Notes under the pieces: model-generated | The model's input: the letters and a program-made list of their open reading frames with translations, nothing else | What the model was told of the DNA's origin: nothing | Database searches by the model: none | Part shown: positions 13,250 through 25,934 of the stretch, in pieces | Numbering within the stretch: the first letter of the stretch is position 1 | Layout of the letters: each line of letters opens with the position of its first letter | Translations under genes and position numbers: made by a program | NCBI GenBank assembly: GCA_044892525.1 | Contig: CM097888.1 | Coordinates: 93,000,001-93,064,000 of the forward strand | Direction: 5' to 3' | Origin: Schmidtea polychroa | Lineage: Eukaryota | DNA: 64,000 nucleotides

Positions 13250-13910
13250 TAATAATGCGCTGTGTCTATTGTGATTCTCTTACAATTGCACTGAATTTCC
13301 AATTTCCCGTTGCCCACACTGCAGGGGCAGGGTCGATTGCTCTACATTATAAGCATTCGTTGCCCACTTTTATGATTGCGGATTTTGGTGTTTCTGGATT
13401 TTCACTCTGTATAAAGTAAACCGATTTATCTATACCAAAATGATGCTGTTCATGTTCATTCAAGTAAGAATATCAGCTTTATTAATTCCTGACCCTAACC
13501 CATGTAACCATGATTTCCAACTCAAATTCCATAACCATTTCCGCTATTATAGGTAACCTCCGTTTAACTAAAACTTCTGCAATACCCTGAACCTTTACTT
13601 TCTAGTCGTTATTTAGAAAACTCTCAACCACCCAGAAACAGATAAAGAATCAGTAATTATTTCTATTCTTTTGAAGTCCCATTGAATTCCTAATTCCAGA
13701 CCTAATCGCCAGCCTAAGCCATACGCAACTGGAAAATGCCCAACCAGTTTGCCGTTGCACTTGCAAACCAGAAGCCCTTGCCCCGTTGATTACTGCCAGA
13801 GGTTTGATTTCTTATCCAAAACTCCGTAAATGTTCCGCGACCCGTTCAATGTTTATTGATGATGCATCTACCCCAATAACATCAATATATTGGCCGCACA
13901 TCTTATTGAT
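13250..13910 (-). mobile_element. Degenerate Ty3/Gypsy RNase H-like relic
   Basis: IGVDASSINIERVAEHL...EIKPLAVI resembles TDAS..GIGAVL...PIAF. Many stops. Confidence 0.35.
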
Positions 13911-14380
13911 TGATTGATACCCCCCCCCCCCCCGAATTGCTGACATGGTGTTTAGTGCACTACTGAAACCAAACCCTAAATGCGTTAAATTGTATTATTA
14001 TCATTAAACCTTACAGTATTCATTATCTTCATTATTAAGAATAATTAGGCTCAGTTAAATTCTCAACACAAATTTATTTCACAGCAATTATTGTATATCA
14101 TTATTGTATGAACTGATGATTTCTTGGTAACATCATTAATTAAATGTTAAACCATTTAATGATAATTTGAGCCTTTTGCTGCGAAGTATATATTTAATAA
14201 AATGAAAGAATTTCAANNNNNNNNNNNNNNNNNNNNNNNNNNNNNNNNNNNNNNNNNNNNNNNNNNNNNNNNNNNNNNNNNNNNNNNNNNNNNNNNNNNN
14301 NNNNNNNNNNNNNNNNNNNNNNNNNNNNNNNNNNNNNNNNNNNNNNNNNNNNNNNNNNNNNNNNNNNNNNNNNNNNNNNN

Positions 14381-14627
14381 TTCACAGAAATATTTATTCA
14401 CTACAAAAATCTAAACGGAACACACAATCGTTATACTATTTATAGTACATTGAATTGCGTAATCTACAAAAGGGAGAATTATTAGTTTAAGTGATACTGT
14501 TGACACAGAAGACAAACATACTTACTTACTTTAGTTATACAAGCATTCCCGCATCATTCAATAGATATCAAGGTCTAGTGACCTGGTTATGTAAGTAATT
14601 CTTTGGAAATTATTATATCATCTTACA
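14381..14627 (-). mobile_element. 3' LTR (partial) of a Ty3/Gypsy element, preceded by a polypurine tract
   Basis: The minus strand reads PPT aaatggaggggga (14640-14628), then TGTAAG starting at 14627, and AATAAA at ~14394-14399. The far end runs into the N gap. Confidence 0.75.
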
Positions 14628-14639
14628 TCCCCCTCCATT

Positions 14640-15692
14640 TAAAACTTTTGATCCATTCTACATTTCGAATTATTTCTTTGCCTTGCTTATTCTTTAGAAC
14701 ATAGCTTCTGTCATGTCGTTTTCCAGTTATTTCATAAGGCCCTTCATAACGTTCATCCATCTTTCTAGTATTTTCTTTTTTAACCAATACTTGGTCTCCA
14801 ACTTCAAAATTCCTATAATTTTGTGTAATTAAATTTTTTCTATGTTTTGTTTATGTTTAATTCCCTCCACGATCTCCCTTCTCCGATTATTAGCATCATT
14901 ATTTTGTATATCCAAATTCTCTTTTTCCATCCATTGTCTACAAATATTCCGCCCAAATATTATTTCAGAGGGCGAAAATCCGGTTGTCTGCTGTATCGTC
15001 GCATTTAACATAAATTCCACATCTGGCAATATTTCTGCCCAATCTTTATGCTGTTTGTCTTTTAACGTAATTGCAATTGCATCCCTTATAGTTCTAAATT
15101 GCCTCTCAACTAAACCGTTTGTACTGTGATGATATGGGCTTGAATATATTATTGTAATATGATGCGTTTTCAACACTTCTAAAAGGAGTTGAGATTCAAA
15201 TGTTTTTCCTCTATCGGAGTGAATGATTTTAGGGGCACCAAATTTCAAAATCCAATTTTCTCTTAAAATCTTTGCCGTCGTCTTTTCATCCTGATGAGCA
15301 ACTGCCGTCAATGATATATACCTACCGAATTATTCAATTATAGCTAAAATATATTGTTTTCCATGAATTGTTTTCTTAAATGGTCCGCAGAAATCAATAA
15401 ATATCTCTTTGAAAACTTCATCTGTACTCTGTTTAATCAGCGGTTCTTTTGTTCGTCTTGTCCACGTCTTCCGTTTCTGACACTGTTCACAATTTTCAAT
15501 CACTCTTCTAACTTCATTTTCACTAATTTTCATTTTCATATTTTTCCGTGCATATTCGTAAATTTTTTTTACCCCTGCGTGACATAAGTCTTTATGTATA
15601 TTAAAAATTACACCTTCATTATTTACTTTTATTTCTTGGTCCATATTTTCTATGGCCAATATTTTAGTTTTATTTTTATCTACCTTGGCGTT
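14640..15692 (-). pseudogene. Ty3/Gypsy integrase (H2C2 zinc finger, DDE core, GPY/F)
   Basis: HKDLCHAGVKK...CEQC, IDFCGPF, IHSDRGKTFES, TNGLVERQFRTI and YEGPYEI. In-frame TAA at ~15330 and one frameshift near 14830. Confidence 0.92.
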
Positions 15693-17737
15693 NNNNNNNN
15701 NNNNNNNNNNNNNNNNNNNNNNNNNNNNNNNNNNNNNNNNNNNNNNNNNNNNNNNNNNNNNNNNNNNNNNNNNNNNNNNNNNNNNNNNNNNNNNNNNNNN
15801 NNNNNNNNNNNNNNNNNNNNNNNNNNNNNNNNNNNNNNNNNNNNNNNNNNNNNNNNNNNNNNNNNNNNNNNNNNNNNNNNNNNNNNNNNNNNNNNNNNNN
15901 NNNNNNNNNNNNNNNNNNNNNNNTGACTGTCATCTTTTTATTGAGTGTGGACTTGATTACTGATCACAACATTCATTCGAGGAAGGAATCCACCATATTT
16001 GCCCTCGGTTCCGCCCAGAGATATCACGAATCTAGTCTTGGAAATGAGATTGGATTCGGCAACATATAAGGCATAATGAAAGAATTTGCTCTGGCAAGGA
16101 ACAACTGATGAAATTTGATAATTTGAAGAGGTGGGAAAGTGGCTTATTAGGAAAAAATGAATAACAAATAAATATTGTTATAAATATTATTAGAACTNNN
16201 NNNNNNNNNNNNNNNNNNNNNNNNNNNNNNNNNNNNNNNNNNNNNNNNNNNNNNNNNNNNNNNNNNNNNNNNNNNNNNNNNNNNNNNNNNNNNNNNNNNN
16301 NNNNNNNNNNNNNNNNNNNNNNNNNNNNNNNNNNNNNNNNNNNNNNNNNNNNNNNNNNNNNNNGTTTCTTGTTATATGTTAAACAATTAAAAGATAAGAT
16401 AACCCTCTTCAATCTCTCAGAATTTAGATATGCTCCAAAAATATTTGCTAGTTAAATAAAATTTAAAATCCAAATTAAATTAAATATAAAATTTAATGTT
16501 TGTAAGACCTTAGATGAAAAAACAATATATTAAGTACACTATATTTCGACACAGCCTTTATCAAATGTGCTATCAAGTGAAAGTTTTAAAAAAGGTTTCG
16601 CTTTCTAAAAAAATAATAACTCTAAAAAAAATTCCAAACTTAACCATTTTATTTTAATTTTTATTCCTATAGGCTTATAAACGTTTTATTTATAATTTAT
16701 AATTTATTATTAGTAGTGAGAAATAAGTCATCTAACACAGACAGTTCTGATTGGTTGAATAAAATTCTGACTTATCCAAGCAACATGTCATTCGAGGAGC
16801 CAGCGGACATTCTGGTAAAATTTTTACAATTATATTTTTTACATATATTTTATAATTTCTTATAATTTAGAGGGTTCATAACCTTTTCTGATTTAACTTT
16901 TTATTGTGTTTATAGTTACGTGTGCTTCATCCAAAAATGATATTTCGATTTTCAAGGGTTTGATTTTCAATGGGATTGTTTAATGGGAATTTTGTTAAAA
17001 TCAGGCAGTTTCCAAGCTTTTTTGGTTACAATGTTTTGTGCATAATTAGAGCCTCATGTGCTTTATCCTATGGTTTTTTTTAGATATTCAAAGGTTCACC
17101 ATGGAGAGTAAAACCTTTCAAAGGATACAAAAAATTCACTCAAACTTCATTATAAAGATAAAAACCATCATTAAGAACATGTTAGGCAAAGGGGTCTAAT
17201 GTTACATAGTAAAACCTTTTCTCCTGTCTAATATTGCAATCTATATATTGGATAAAAGAGAAGAAAATTGTCTATCTAATAACATACCAATCGATAAAAT
17301 ACAAATTGATAAAGATATTTTAAGAATTCTAAAAATTTTCCAAATTTTTCACAGGTCCCATTATGTAGTTATATGTCGTTGAAAAGAGGAATTTATTCTT
17401 TACAATATGGCGTATGTTTTAATATGTGAGATTATGACTGTTTTCTAAATATTTCATTCTTTCTGATATTCTTTTGGCAGAAGACTTCAAATAACGAGGT
17501 CTATTTAATATACTTAANNNNNNNNNNNNNNNNNNNNNNNNNNNNNNNNNNNNNNNNNNNNNNNNNNNNNNNNNNNNNNNNNNNNNNNNNNNNNNNNNNN
17601 NNNNNNNNNNNNNNNNNNNNNNNNNNNNNNNNNNNNNNNNNNNNNNNNNNNNNNNNNNNNNNNNNNNNNNNNNNNNNNNNNNNNNNNNNNNNNNNNNNNN
17701 NNNNNNNNNNNNNNNNNNNNNNNNNNNNNNNNNNNNN

Positions 17738-17790
17738 TACAGCAATACGGCAATAAAGCAATACAGCAATACAGCAATACAGCAATACTG
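17738..17790. repeat. 8-bp tandem repeat (tacagcaa) running out of an N gap
   Basis: About 6 visible copies adjoining the gap. Confidence 0.8.
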
Positions 17791-18559
17791 CTTTATTTTG
17801 TCCTTTATAATTGTACGATTCAAGACACTATGATAATTAAAAAAAATTATAATTGCAAATTAACAATTTTCTTGGTATTTGAGTTTATTTATACTATTTT
17901 TGACCAATCAAAATTCTGCACATAAATTGTGTATAAATAATTAGCAAGTTTTATATATCACAAAAAATAAATCAAGAAAATTTATAAAAAATTTTTATGA
18001 AAAAGACTGCCCAAAAATTAGTGAATATCAAAAAACATTGATATCTTTACTGATTCATAGTCAATTTTTTAATAAATATAATACATACATAATACAATAA
18101 ATACACAACACTATTAAACATAATACAATACAAAACGATCGAAGGGGTAATCACCTTTTGTTGTACGATAGTTTATAGTTCTCTCTAGCTTCAATTCAAT
18201 TCCTTTCTTTCTTTAGTTCTCTTGAATTTTTGTAACCGTCCTACTAATTCCATTTCTTACCGGCGCTCGGTTGAGTTCGATTCAACTTCTAATTAGTTGG
18301 GTCTCAGTGCACTCCGGGGTTTCCTCATCGTCCGGGTTAAATTTATAATTGAAAATAAACTGATCATCCTTGAAATCATACCAAAATGTCAGCTGACTCA
18401 TGACACTGCGAATGGCATGGTGCTTGAATAAGTCAGATCGTTAGCCAGCCAATCAAAACGTTCTATGCAAGATGACTTACTTTTCTATACTATTATTTAT
18501 ATTTTATAAACTATTTTAAAGCACCTTTAAAAACCCACAAATGTACATCAAAAGTCAAC

Positions 18560-18860
18560 AACAAATCAAACTTTTTCTTTTTTAGTGATAATTGTTGAAT
18601 ATTTATTTGTGATAAGAATTGCCTCATAAAAGTAGATTTTTTGTAATGTTGTCGATTGCTAAGCTTTTAATTGAAATATTTCTTTCTCCATAATTGGTTG
18701 ACATTGTTGAAGATGTCTGTATTCCGAGGATTTACCAGCCGGATCCGGATGCTCTTTAACTCTTTGATGCCAGTTCTTTGGTGTATCTCTAATCTATATT
18801 TTGTTGCAAACTTTACACGTAATATGGTAGACAATGTTTTCACGGAAGAATATTAGTAGA
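18560..18860 (-). mobile_element. Penelope-like GIY-YIG endonuclease relic
   Basis: ENIVYHITCKVCNKI*IRDTPKNWHQRVKEH...RHLQQC...YEAILI, with two in-frame TAG stops. Confidence 0.75.
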
Positions 18861-21800
18861 TGGATTGGCCACCGCTGGATTAATTTCCCCCGGGGGTTAA
18901 GAAATTTTCTTCTAAAATTCCTAGTATTTTTATGTAGATCAAATAAAATTTTTCATTTTTATAAAATTCAATGTTTTTTTCACAAATTTTTCAGATTTTT
19001 TTTATTTTTCGCGATTTTAAGCTACCTTTACGGAATTTTTTCAAAGTTTTATGTAGGTCAAATTGACTTTAAAAACAGGTCACCGTCGATTATGTAGGTC
19101 AAATCAAAAATTAAATAGTTCAAAAACACATTCTATATAGTTTTAATAAATAAACACACACAATCTATATAGTTTTATTAATAAATAAATAGGTTCAATG
19201 ACAAGATTTGTGTGCATTTATTATTTTTAATCATTTTTAATAGTTTATTGTAAGTTGAATATCAGTAAAATATTTTATCTTTTTTACCATTAATCCATTT
19301 TCATTTCACTTATTCTTTATTTTTAGTTTCTTAAACTATCAATCAATATTTTGTTTTTATTTCTAGCACTTCCTTTCTCAAGAATTTTTCAAAAACATTG
19401 ATCGATAGTTAAGCAATTAATTAATGCAGCTACCAAGAAATCATCACTTTATATTGATCGATAGTTGGCGAGTAAAATAAGTTTAAGAATGATATCAAAA
19501 CATTTATTGCATAAATAAATTACATAACAAGAGTTAAGGATAAAATTAACAATAAATAAGATTTGTCCCACAAAATTATTGTCAGGTGGACCCCGACAAA
19601 ATATTTGCAAACGTTATCACCTCCCAGTGAATTGAGTGAATTGAGATCAAATCGGATTCTTTTCTACTTACCAATTTGAAATTAATTTCTGACCCGGAAT
19701 AAAGTATGTTTATACCTATAAATTCAAAGCTTACTTCAGTCAATCAAAAGTCGAACATTGCCTTGCCATTCCCTCCCTCCCTCGTCTTTAAAGAGTTTCC
19801 CCGAAAATAAATTGCTTTCATCCCGCACATCAATCGGCCGCTAGAATCCCATTTATACCACTTAATCCAAGCGCATTTCAGCGACTGCTAAATTGTTGAT
19901 TCAGCCATCAAACGAGTTCCGACCCGCCCAAAAGCAACAACTGTTAATCAAGACTGTCATCATCACAGGTCGCCCGCTCGGTTACACAAACAACTTTATG
20001 TCACTCATTTGATTTTGATTTTTCATTTCCATTTCCCCCACTAACTAATGATAGTTCAGCTTTTCATCTGGCCGTGAGGTTACCCGGTAATAACAACGTG
20101 AATGAAGATCGCGAGATTCTCCCACAATAAATCATGTTTGAGGCGCCATCTGCCAGATGGATGGCAATGAGTTTTCTGCCATCATCCATAATTTTGATCC
20201 TAAGAAAGATATCGCCACTTCATTCTTTTTTAGACAAATCGAATGATCCATTAGTAGTGCCTTCCTATGCCACTTAGCAACTTAATTCACTAAATTTGTT
20301 ATTATGAAAAGATTGTGCCATCCTCATCACCAACCATTTCCTGCATTCTCAATATCTTATAGAACTTGGTTTAAATTCACAATTACCTTTCTACCCTCTG
20401 CAAATTATAGATAAGGTTTGGTCTTCATGCCTTCGGTGCTCAGATCTTCGGCTGTTCCTCGACATTAACCAGCGGAGGCCACAATTTCACGGCTGTTCAC
20501 TAATTGTTCATTAATTTGGCAACTGAGATTCAATTTGATTCAGAATATTTGGTAACTTTTAAACTTAATTTTAACTTTATATGACTTATGTAATTTAGTG
20601 TAAGGAGAATCAAATCTGACACTCCAAATGATACGTAGCCAACCTTCCTAAATTTTGATTATTATTGTTATTCATTACAAATCAGAAATTCCTTTACAAT
20701 TGTTGTCGATTGCGCCTGTATAGTAACCCCCCCCCCCCCATGTTTTTACTTTTACTAACAAGGTTCCTGACAAGGAGCATTCAAAATTTAGCTTACTAAA
20801 TTTTTGTNNNNNNNNNNNNNNNNNNNNNNNNNNNNNNNNNNNNNNNNNNNNNNNNNNNNNNNNNNNNNNNNNNNNNNNNNNNNNNNNNNNNNNNNNNNNN
20901 NNNNNNNNNNNNNNNNNNNNNNNNNNNNNNNNNNNNNNNNNNNNNNNNNNNNNNNNNNNNNNNNNNNNNNNNNNNNNNNNNNNNNNNNNNNNNNNNNNNN
21001 NNNNNNNNNNNNNNNNNNNNNNNNNNNNNNNNNNNNNNNNNNNNNNNNNNNNNNNNNNNNNNNNNNNNNNNNNNNNNNNNNNNNNNNNNNNNNNNNNNNN
21101 NNNNNNNNNNNNNNNNNNNNNNNNNNNNNNNNNNNNNNNNNNNNNNNNNNNNNNNNNNNNNNNNNNNNNNNNNNNNNNNNNNNNNNNNNNNNNNNNNNNN
21201 NNNNNNNNNNNNNNNNNNNTCATGTGATTATTTACCATATTTGACATGCAACGTACAGGGAAATGTGCAGAATCGGCCAGTTTGGGATCAGATCATTTAC
21301 TGGAAAAGTGCACAAATTGGGCACACTGTGAAAAGCATGCAATTATTTCCTGCCGCCGAAATTTCTGCGATTGACAAAATTACTAATTAGTGAAAATTGA
21401 TTTTCCGTTTGATTAATTTGCGGCTTACCCAATCAAATAGACCGATTAATGATCCGATTTATCCATCATTCCCAATTAGCAGTGAAAAGCATTGATCCGA
21501 TTAGGAAATATTATCACGGAAGGTGCATAAATATGCAAAAATCGATAGGAGAATAGCTAAATGACTATAAAATTGGCGGGGGTTCCAGGAATCCTTGTGA
21601 GATATCGAATAGGATATGGGTAACAGAGGCCATGAAGGGGAAACAATTTACCCTTGGTCAAAGACTGGCTAACACCATAAAAAACAGACATTGATATATT
21701 CACACCTACCCAGACGAAAGTGCAAACTAATAATAATTATTTTTCCTTTCAAGAAATCGCCGTCTAAAAATTTTTCAGAAATGCCAATCGAAGTAAAATA

Positions 21801-22654
21801 TGAAAATATTTTCATCTTAAATATTTTGTTTACAAAATTTTATTTTCATCCATGATAAAATTGTATAGGAAAATAAAGGTCAGAGAATTGAAGGAGGCTG
21901 GAATGAAATGATGAATTTGGAAAGATGAAGTTGATGATTTCTGGAATATTCAAAAGCTTCATAAGGTGATTCCTTAGGCAATGATAACCTTCTCATCTCA
22001 TGCGTGACGATATCAATATTCACCATGAACAACGTCCTTGCACTACGATTTCACATTGTGCTCAAGAAACAACAGGAATGCTTTCATATCTTTCATATTC
22101 TTTGCGTTTCAGTTAGGGAGACAACAAATTCAGGAATTTATTTATTTATTTTTCGTTTACTTGTGCTAAATCTGAGATCAGAGTTTATGTAAATGTCGAT
22201 ACTAATATCAATGTATTGCACGCTCGCTTTACGGCAAGGGCCAAGATATATGTGTACCATTATATATTTGAGGTGAGACATAGCAAGACCTACAAGCTCA
22301 AGGGCTCCATAATGCCAGCTAAGATAAAAGAACAGCACAATACGATTGACGAACAAAAACATGGTCAATGCAAAATACCGAACAAAACTTGACATCTTTT
22401 GATTTCCATTAAACCGTGCTTGAGATGGGACTTTAGTGATTCTGATCGAAATTTCAATTCAGCTCATGTCGAATTCGGCATCATTCATAGAGATTGATGA
22501 AATCCTATAATCGAATCAAATCAATTTTTATTCAATAATTTTGATGCTTTCATCTATAATGTTATTAACATTGATATGAAATTATTGAATTAACAAAATA
22601 TCAAAGGTGAAACCAAAGGATAAATATGATAAATTAATTGGAGAAACTGATCCT

Positions 22655-22951
22655 CCATCAGCTGTTGTCACCATCGGTTCTTGCAACGGTTCCATTCAAC
22701 AGCTCCTAGCAGCGGTTCCCATCACTGGTTCCCAGCAGCGGTTCCTAGTAGCGGTTCCCAGTAGCTATGCCCATCAGCTGTTGTCACTAGCGGTTCCTGC
22801 AACGGTTCCATTCAACAGCTCCTAGCCCTAGCAGCGGTTCCTAGTAGCGGTTCCCAGCAGCTATGCTCATCAGCTGTTGTCACTAGCGGTTCCTGCAACG
22901 GTTCTATTCAACAGCTCCTAGCACCGGTTCCCATCAGTGGTTCGCAGCAGC
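22655..22951. repeat. Satellite patch 1: ~12-nt agcggttcc(t/c)ag subunits in ~95-115 bp higher-order units
   Basis: catcagctgttgtcac..cggttc.tgcaacggtt.cattcaacagctcctagc recurs three times. The same unit occurs at ~30691. Confidence 0.85.
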
Positions 22952-23619
22952 AAAAAAAATCAAATTCTTAAATAAATATATCGGCCACTTGGACATAAGG
23001 GTAGATGATCTCGGTCCTTCAAAATTCTAAAGCTATTGATTTGATTCTTCTGATTGCTGTGTGGAGGCTCAAGCGTTAAACTTTCTTTGTTGTTTGGTGT
23101 ACCCATAGACTAGCTATGGAAGGTACAGAGCAAAACATTAGTTTGAATTGATATTCGGATGTTTGTAATGTTGAATTTCTTTTTTGGAGTTGGGTATTGG
23201 TATTTGATTGAGATAGTATTGGACATCGTTGGATTGGATATCGATGTTTGATTGGATCAGTTGTTATATGGTGTCATCAAGGCAATGTAGTATGATTGGA
23301 CTGGATATCGAAGTTTAATTGGATCAGTTGTCGAAATGGTGTATTGATGAGCTGGTCACATTAGGACATTGCTGCAAATAATCATCATTACATCCTCTAT
23401 GTCATATTCTAGATAGAGGATAGATTGAAAAGAGTTTAGATGTGGAAGAGATGTATAAGATAAGTAAGAGATGTATAGGACGTAGGAGGTGTATGGGGAT
23501 GTAAGAAAGATGTATAATATGTGAAAGAGAGAGATAAAGAGAGATAAATGAGTACTAGATATAAGCATAATACATGAAAGATGCACTGACAATTATGCAG
23601 GATTCATAAAGGCGCATAT

Positions 23620-25790
23620 AAATCAGACAAACATATTAATATAAGTGCACAAAAACAATAGGTCAAAACTGTTTTTGTTTCGGGATGTTTTGATTAAGAG
23701 GTCATGAATAAGGGTTTCACTATCAATTTGAAAGTTGTGTTCTAGTAGGTAATCAGAAACAGCTTGGAGGACATTTCTGTGTTTGTTCCTGCGTGCATTA
23801 GCTTTTGCTGGGCAGTGGTTAAAGATGTGTGCTTGGGTTTCAGGGTAGCTTTTTTAGTTTTCATCCTACGGGGTGTATAATTTAATTTTAGAATATTATT
23901 ACGAGCACGAATTAGGAAGATGTATTGCGGGTCAGGAAGCAGAAACTGGTAGTGCTGTTGTTACCAATATTTTTGGCTATGTGACCTTGGCATTTCATTT
24001 CAGACCTCTTCTCAGCATATATTAGGCTAATAATTGAGTGAATTTCAGAGGTTTCTTTGAGGTTGGAGGAGGTGAAATAATTGATTCGGTCTTTGTATTT
24101 TATCTCAAGTCGGTAGCATTCATCAAGGAGAAGTATTTTGGTGAAAATTCCGTATTTGAGGCGTAGTCTAGCAGAGGATTTCCTAAATTTAGAGAACAAG
24201 GAAGTAGTTTGAAAACTTTTAGTGAATTCACCATTTAGCCATGATAATGCAGTGTCAATGTTGCCATTTCCTCGGGCTTGTGCGAGTTCAGATAAAACAA
24301 GGTGACGGAAGCCGCTGTCATGTACAATTCTCCGGATAAGATATTCATCAATAAAGGCTCTCAAGCCTAATCTCCAAAGTTTGATTGAGTTTGATTGGAT
24401 TTTAGTCTTTGGGTGGCACCTCTTTGGGATACGCCAGTCAAATTTTTAAAGTTTCTTTCAGAGTCAAGGATTCTGTGTTTAATTTCATAGTTTCGGAAGG
24501 TATAGATTAAACGAGATTGGATAAAGATTTTGTAGGCATTAAGTTTTTTGGCAGAATGTAAGTGATAGGCTAGGATCTTTTCTGTGTCGATGAAGTCGCT
24601 TTCTAATCTCTCTTCAATGTTGTGTTGTTTCTTATATGCAAAGTTGACTCCTAGGTATCTTTAAAGGTTAGAGTCATCAATCCTCGGGAGGAGTTCATTA
24701 TATAAAAAAATTGGACTATAATTATCATTGTGGTTGATATGGAAGTATCCAGATTTTGAAGGTTTGAAACGGAGGTTAACTTGTGAAGCAAGGCGTATTG
24801 TTTTGGAAAGTGCTAGATTTATTGAGGAGTAGAAGTCTGATATCAGTACGATGTCGTCGGCATAGGCTAGGATGCTAATGTTATGTCCATGGAAGAGGAG
24901 AGGATGGTTTTGAAGAATGTAGCCAAAATATAGTCATGCAAAAATATAGTCATGGACAGGGGGCATCCCTGTTTTACTCCCTTGACTATGGGAACAGATG
25001 GGGAACGCTCGCCTTCACATTCAAAGATAGCTTGAATATCGGTGTACATGTCTTTTATAAGTTTAATAGTGTTTAAATTGAGTCCCATATGGGTTAGTGT
25101 ATGCCAGATGAGTGCATGAAGGAGTGAGCCGAAGGCATCGGATATGTCAAGCCAGATAATGTGGTCAGTTTTGTTGCGGAAAACAGAGTCTTTAACAAGG
25201 TGAATAGTGACATTATGTTCAGCACATCAGTCAGGGGCGCATATGGCCTTTTGATTAGTAGTAAGTATTTTACCTTCTTTGATCCAATGGAGAAGGCGGT
25301 TATTAATCAGTGAAGACAAGATTCGATATGAGATGTTCATAATAGATATAGGTCTCCAGAAGCTAGCTTCATGACTTACTTCAGATTTTCTAGCTTTCAG
25401 GATTAATTTAGAGTAGTGGTTCTTAACCTGGGGTCCATGGACCCTCAGGGGGTCCGCGAACGGGTTCCAAGAGGTCCACGGCACTATTTACAAAAAACCT
25501 TTTTTATTTTTGTTTGAAGCTGAATAAACAGATTTATAAATAATTATTAAAAAATGTATGTGTTTTACTATCAATTTATTAATTTTTTAACATTTCAGGG
25601 GTCCGTCGGTACCAATTATATATTTATGGGGTCCATAAGTTTGAAAAGGTTAAGAACCCCTGATTTAGAGCGAAATGTTTTCCAGGATGAAGAATAATGC
25701 ATCTAGTACAAGTTTTGTTTTAAATGTGACGAGTAATTATGTTTAAGGGTGCTATCCTGATACTTATTTGTTTAAGTAGCTTTCTGTCTC
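23620..25790 (-). mobile_element. 5'-truncated, degenerate RLE-clade (R2/R4/NeSL/Utopia-like) non-LTR retrotransposon
   Basis: WRPISIMN, WLDISDAFGSLLH, GVKQGCPLS, YADD (24853-24864) and YLGV are present. Downstream are ETQAHIFNHC and RNKHRNVL, typical of the zinc knuckle and RH helix before a restriction-like endonuclease. Several frameshifts and stops. Confidence 0.85.
25414..25662. mobile_element. hAT (Charlie-like) MITE, 249 bp, nested in the RT
   Basis: 15-bp TIR tagtggttcttaacc versus caggggttcttaacc (reverse complement). Exact 8-bp TSD atttagag at 25406-25413 and 25663-25670. Confidence 0.93.
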
Positions 25791-25794
25791 ATTC

Positions 25795-25860
25795 TAGCGG
25801 TTCGTATTAGTGGTTCCCTGAAGCGGTTTGTAGTAGCCTTTTCCATCAGGCTTTCCTATC
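25795..25860. repeat. Satellite patch 2 (same family as 22655 and 30335)
   Basis: agcggtttgtagtagccttttccatcaggctttcctatca matches units at ~30437, ~30541 and ~30635. Confidence 0.8.
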
Positions 25861-25934
25861 AACAAAAAAGAATCAAATTTTATTTTAATTATTACACAGG
25901 CCACTCGACCATAAAGGGAGAAATTCTCGAACCT

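Noticed and set aside
18265-18290. tRNA B-box-like gttcgattc hairpin
   Set aside because: No A box or cloverleaf. No tRNA, rRNA or snRNA gene (including a U2 or spliced-leader target near the RLE element) was recognised in the window.
22138-22395. Hydrophobic minus-strand ORF resembling a GPCR segment
   Set aside because: No convincing DRY or NPxxY motif and no coherent flanking exons.
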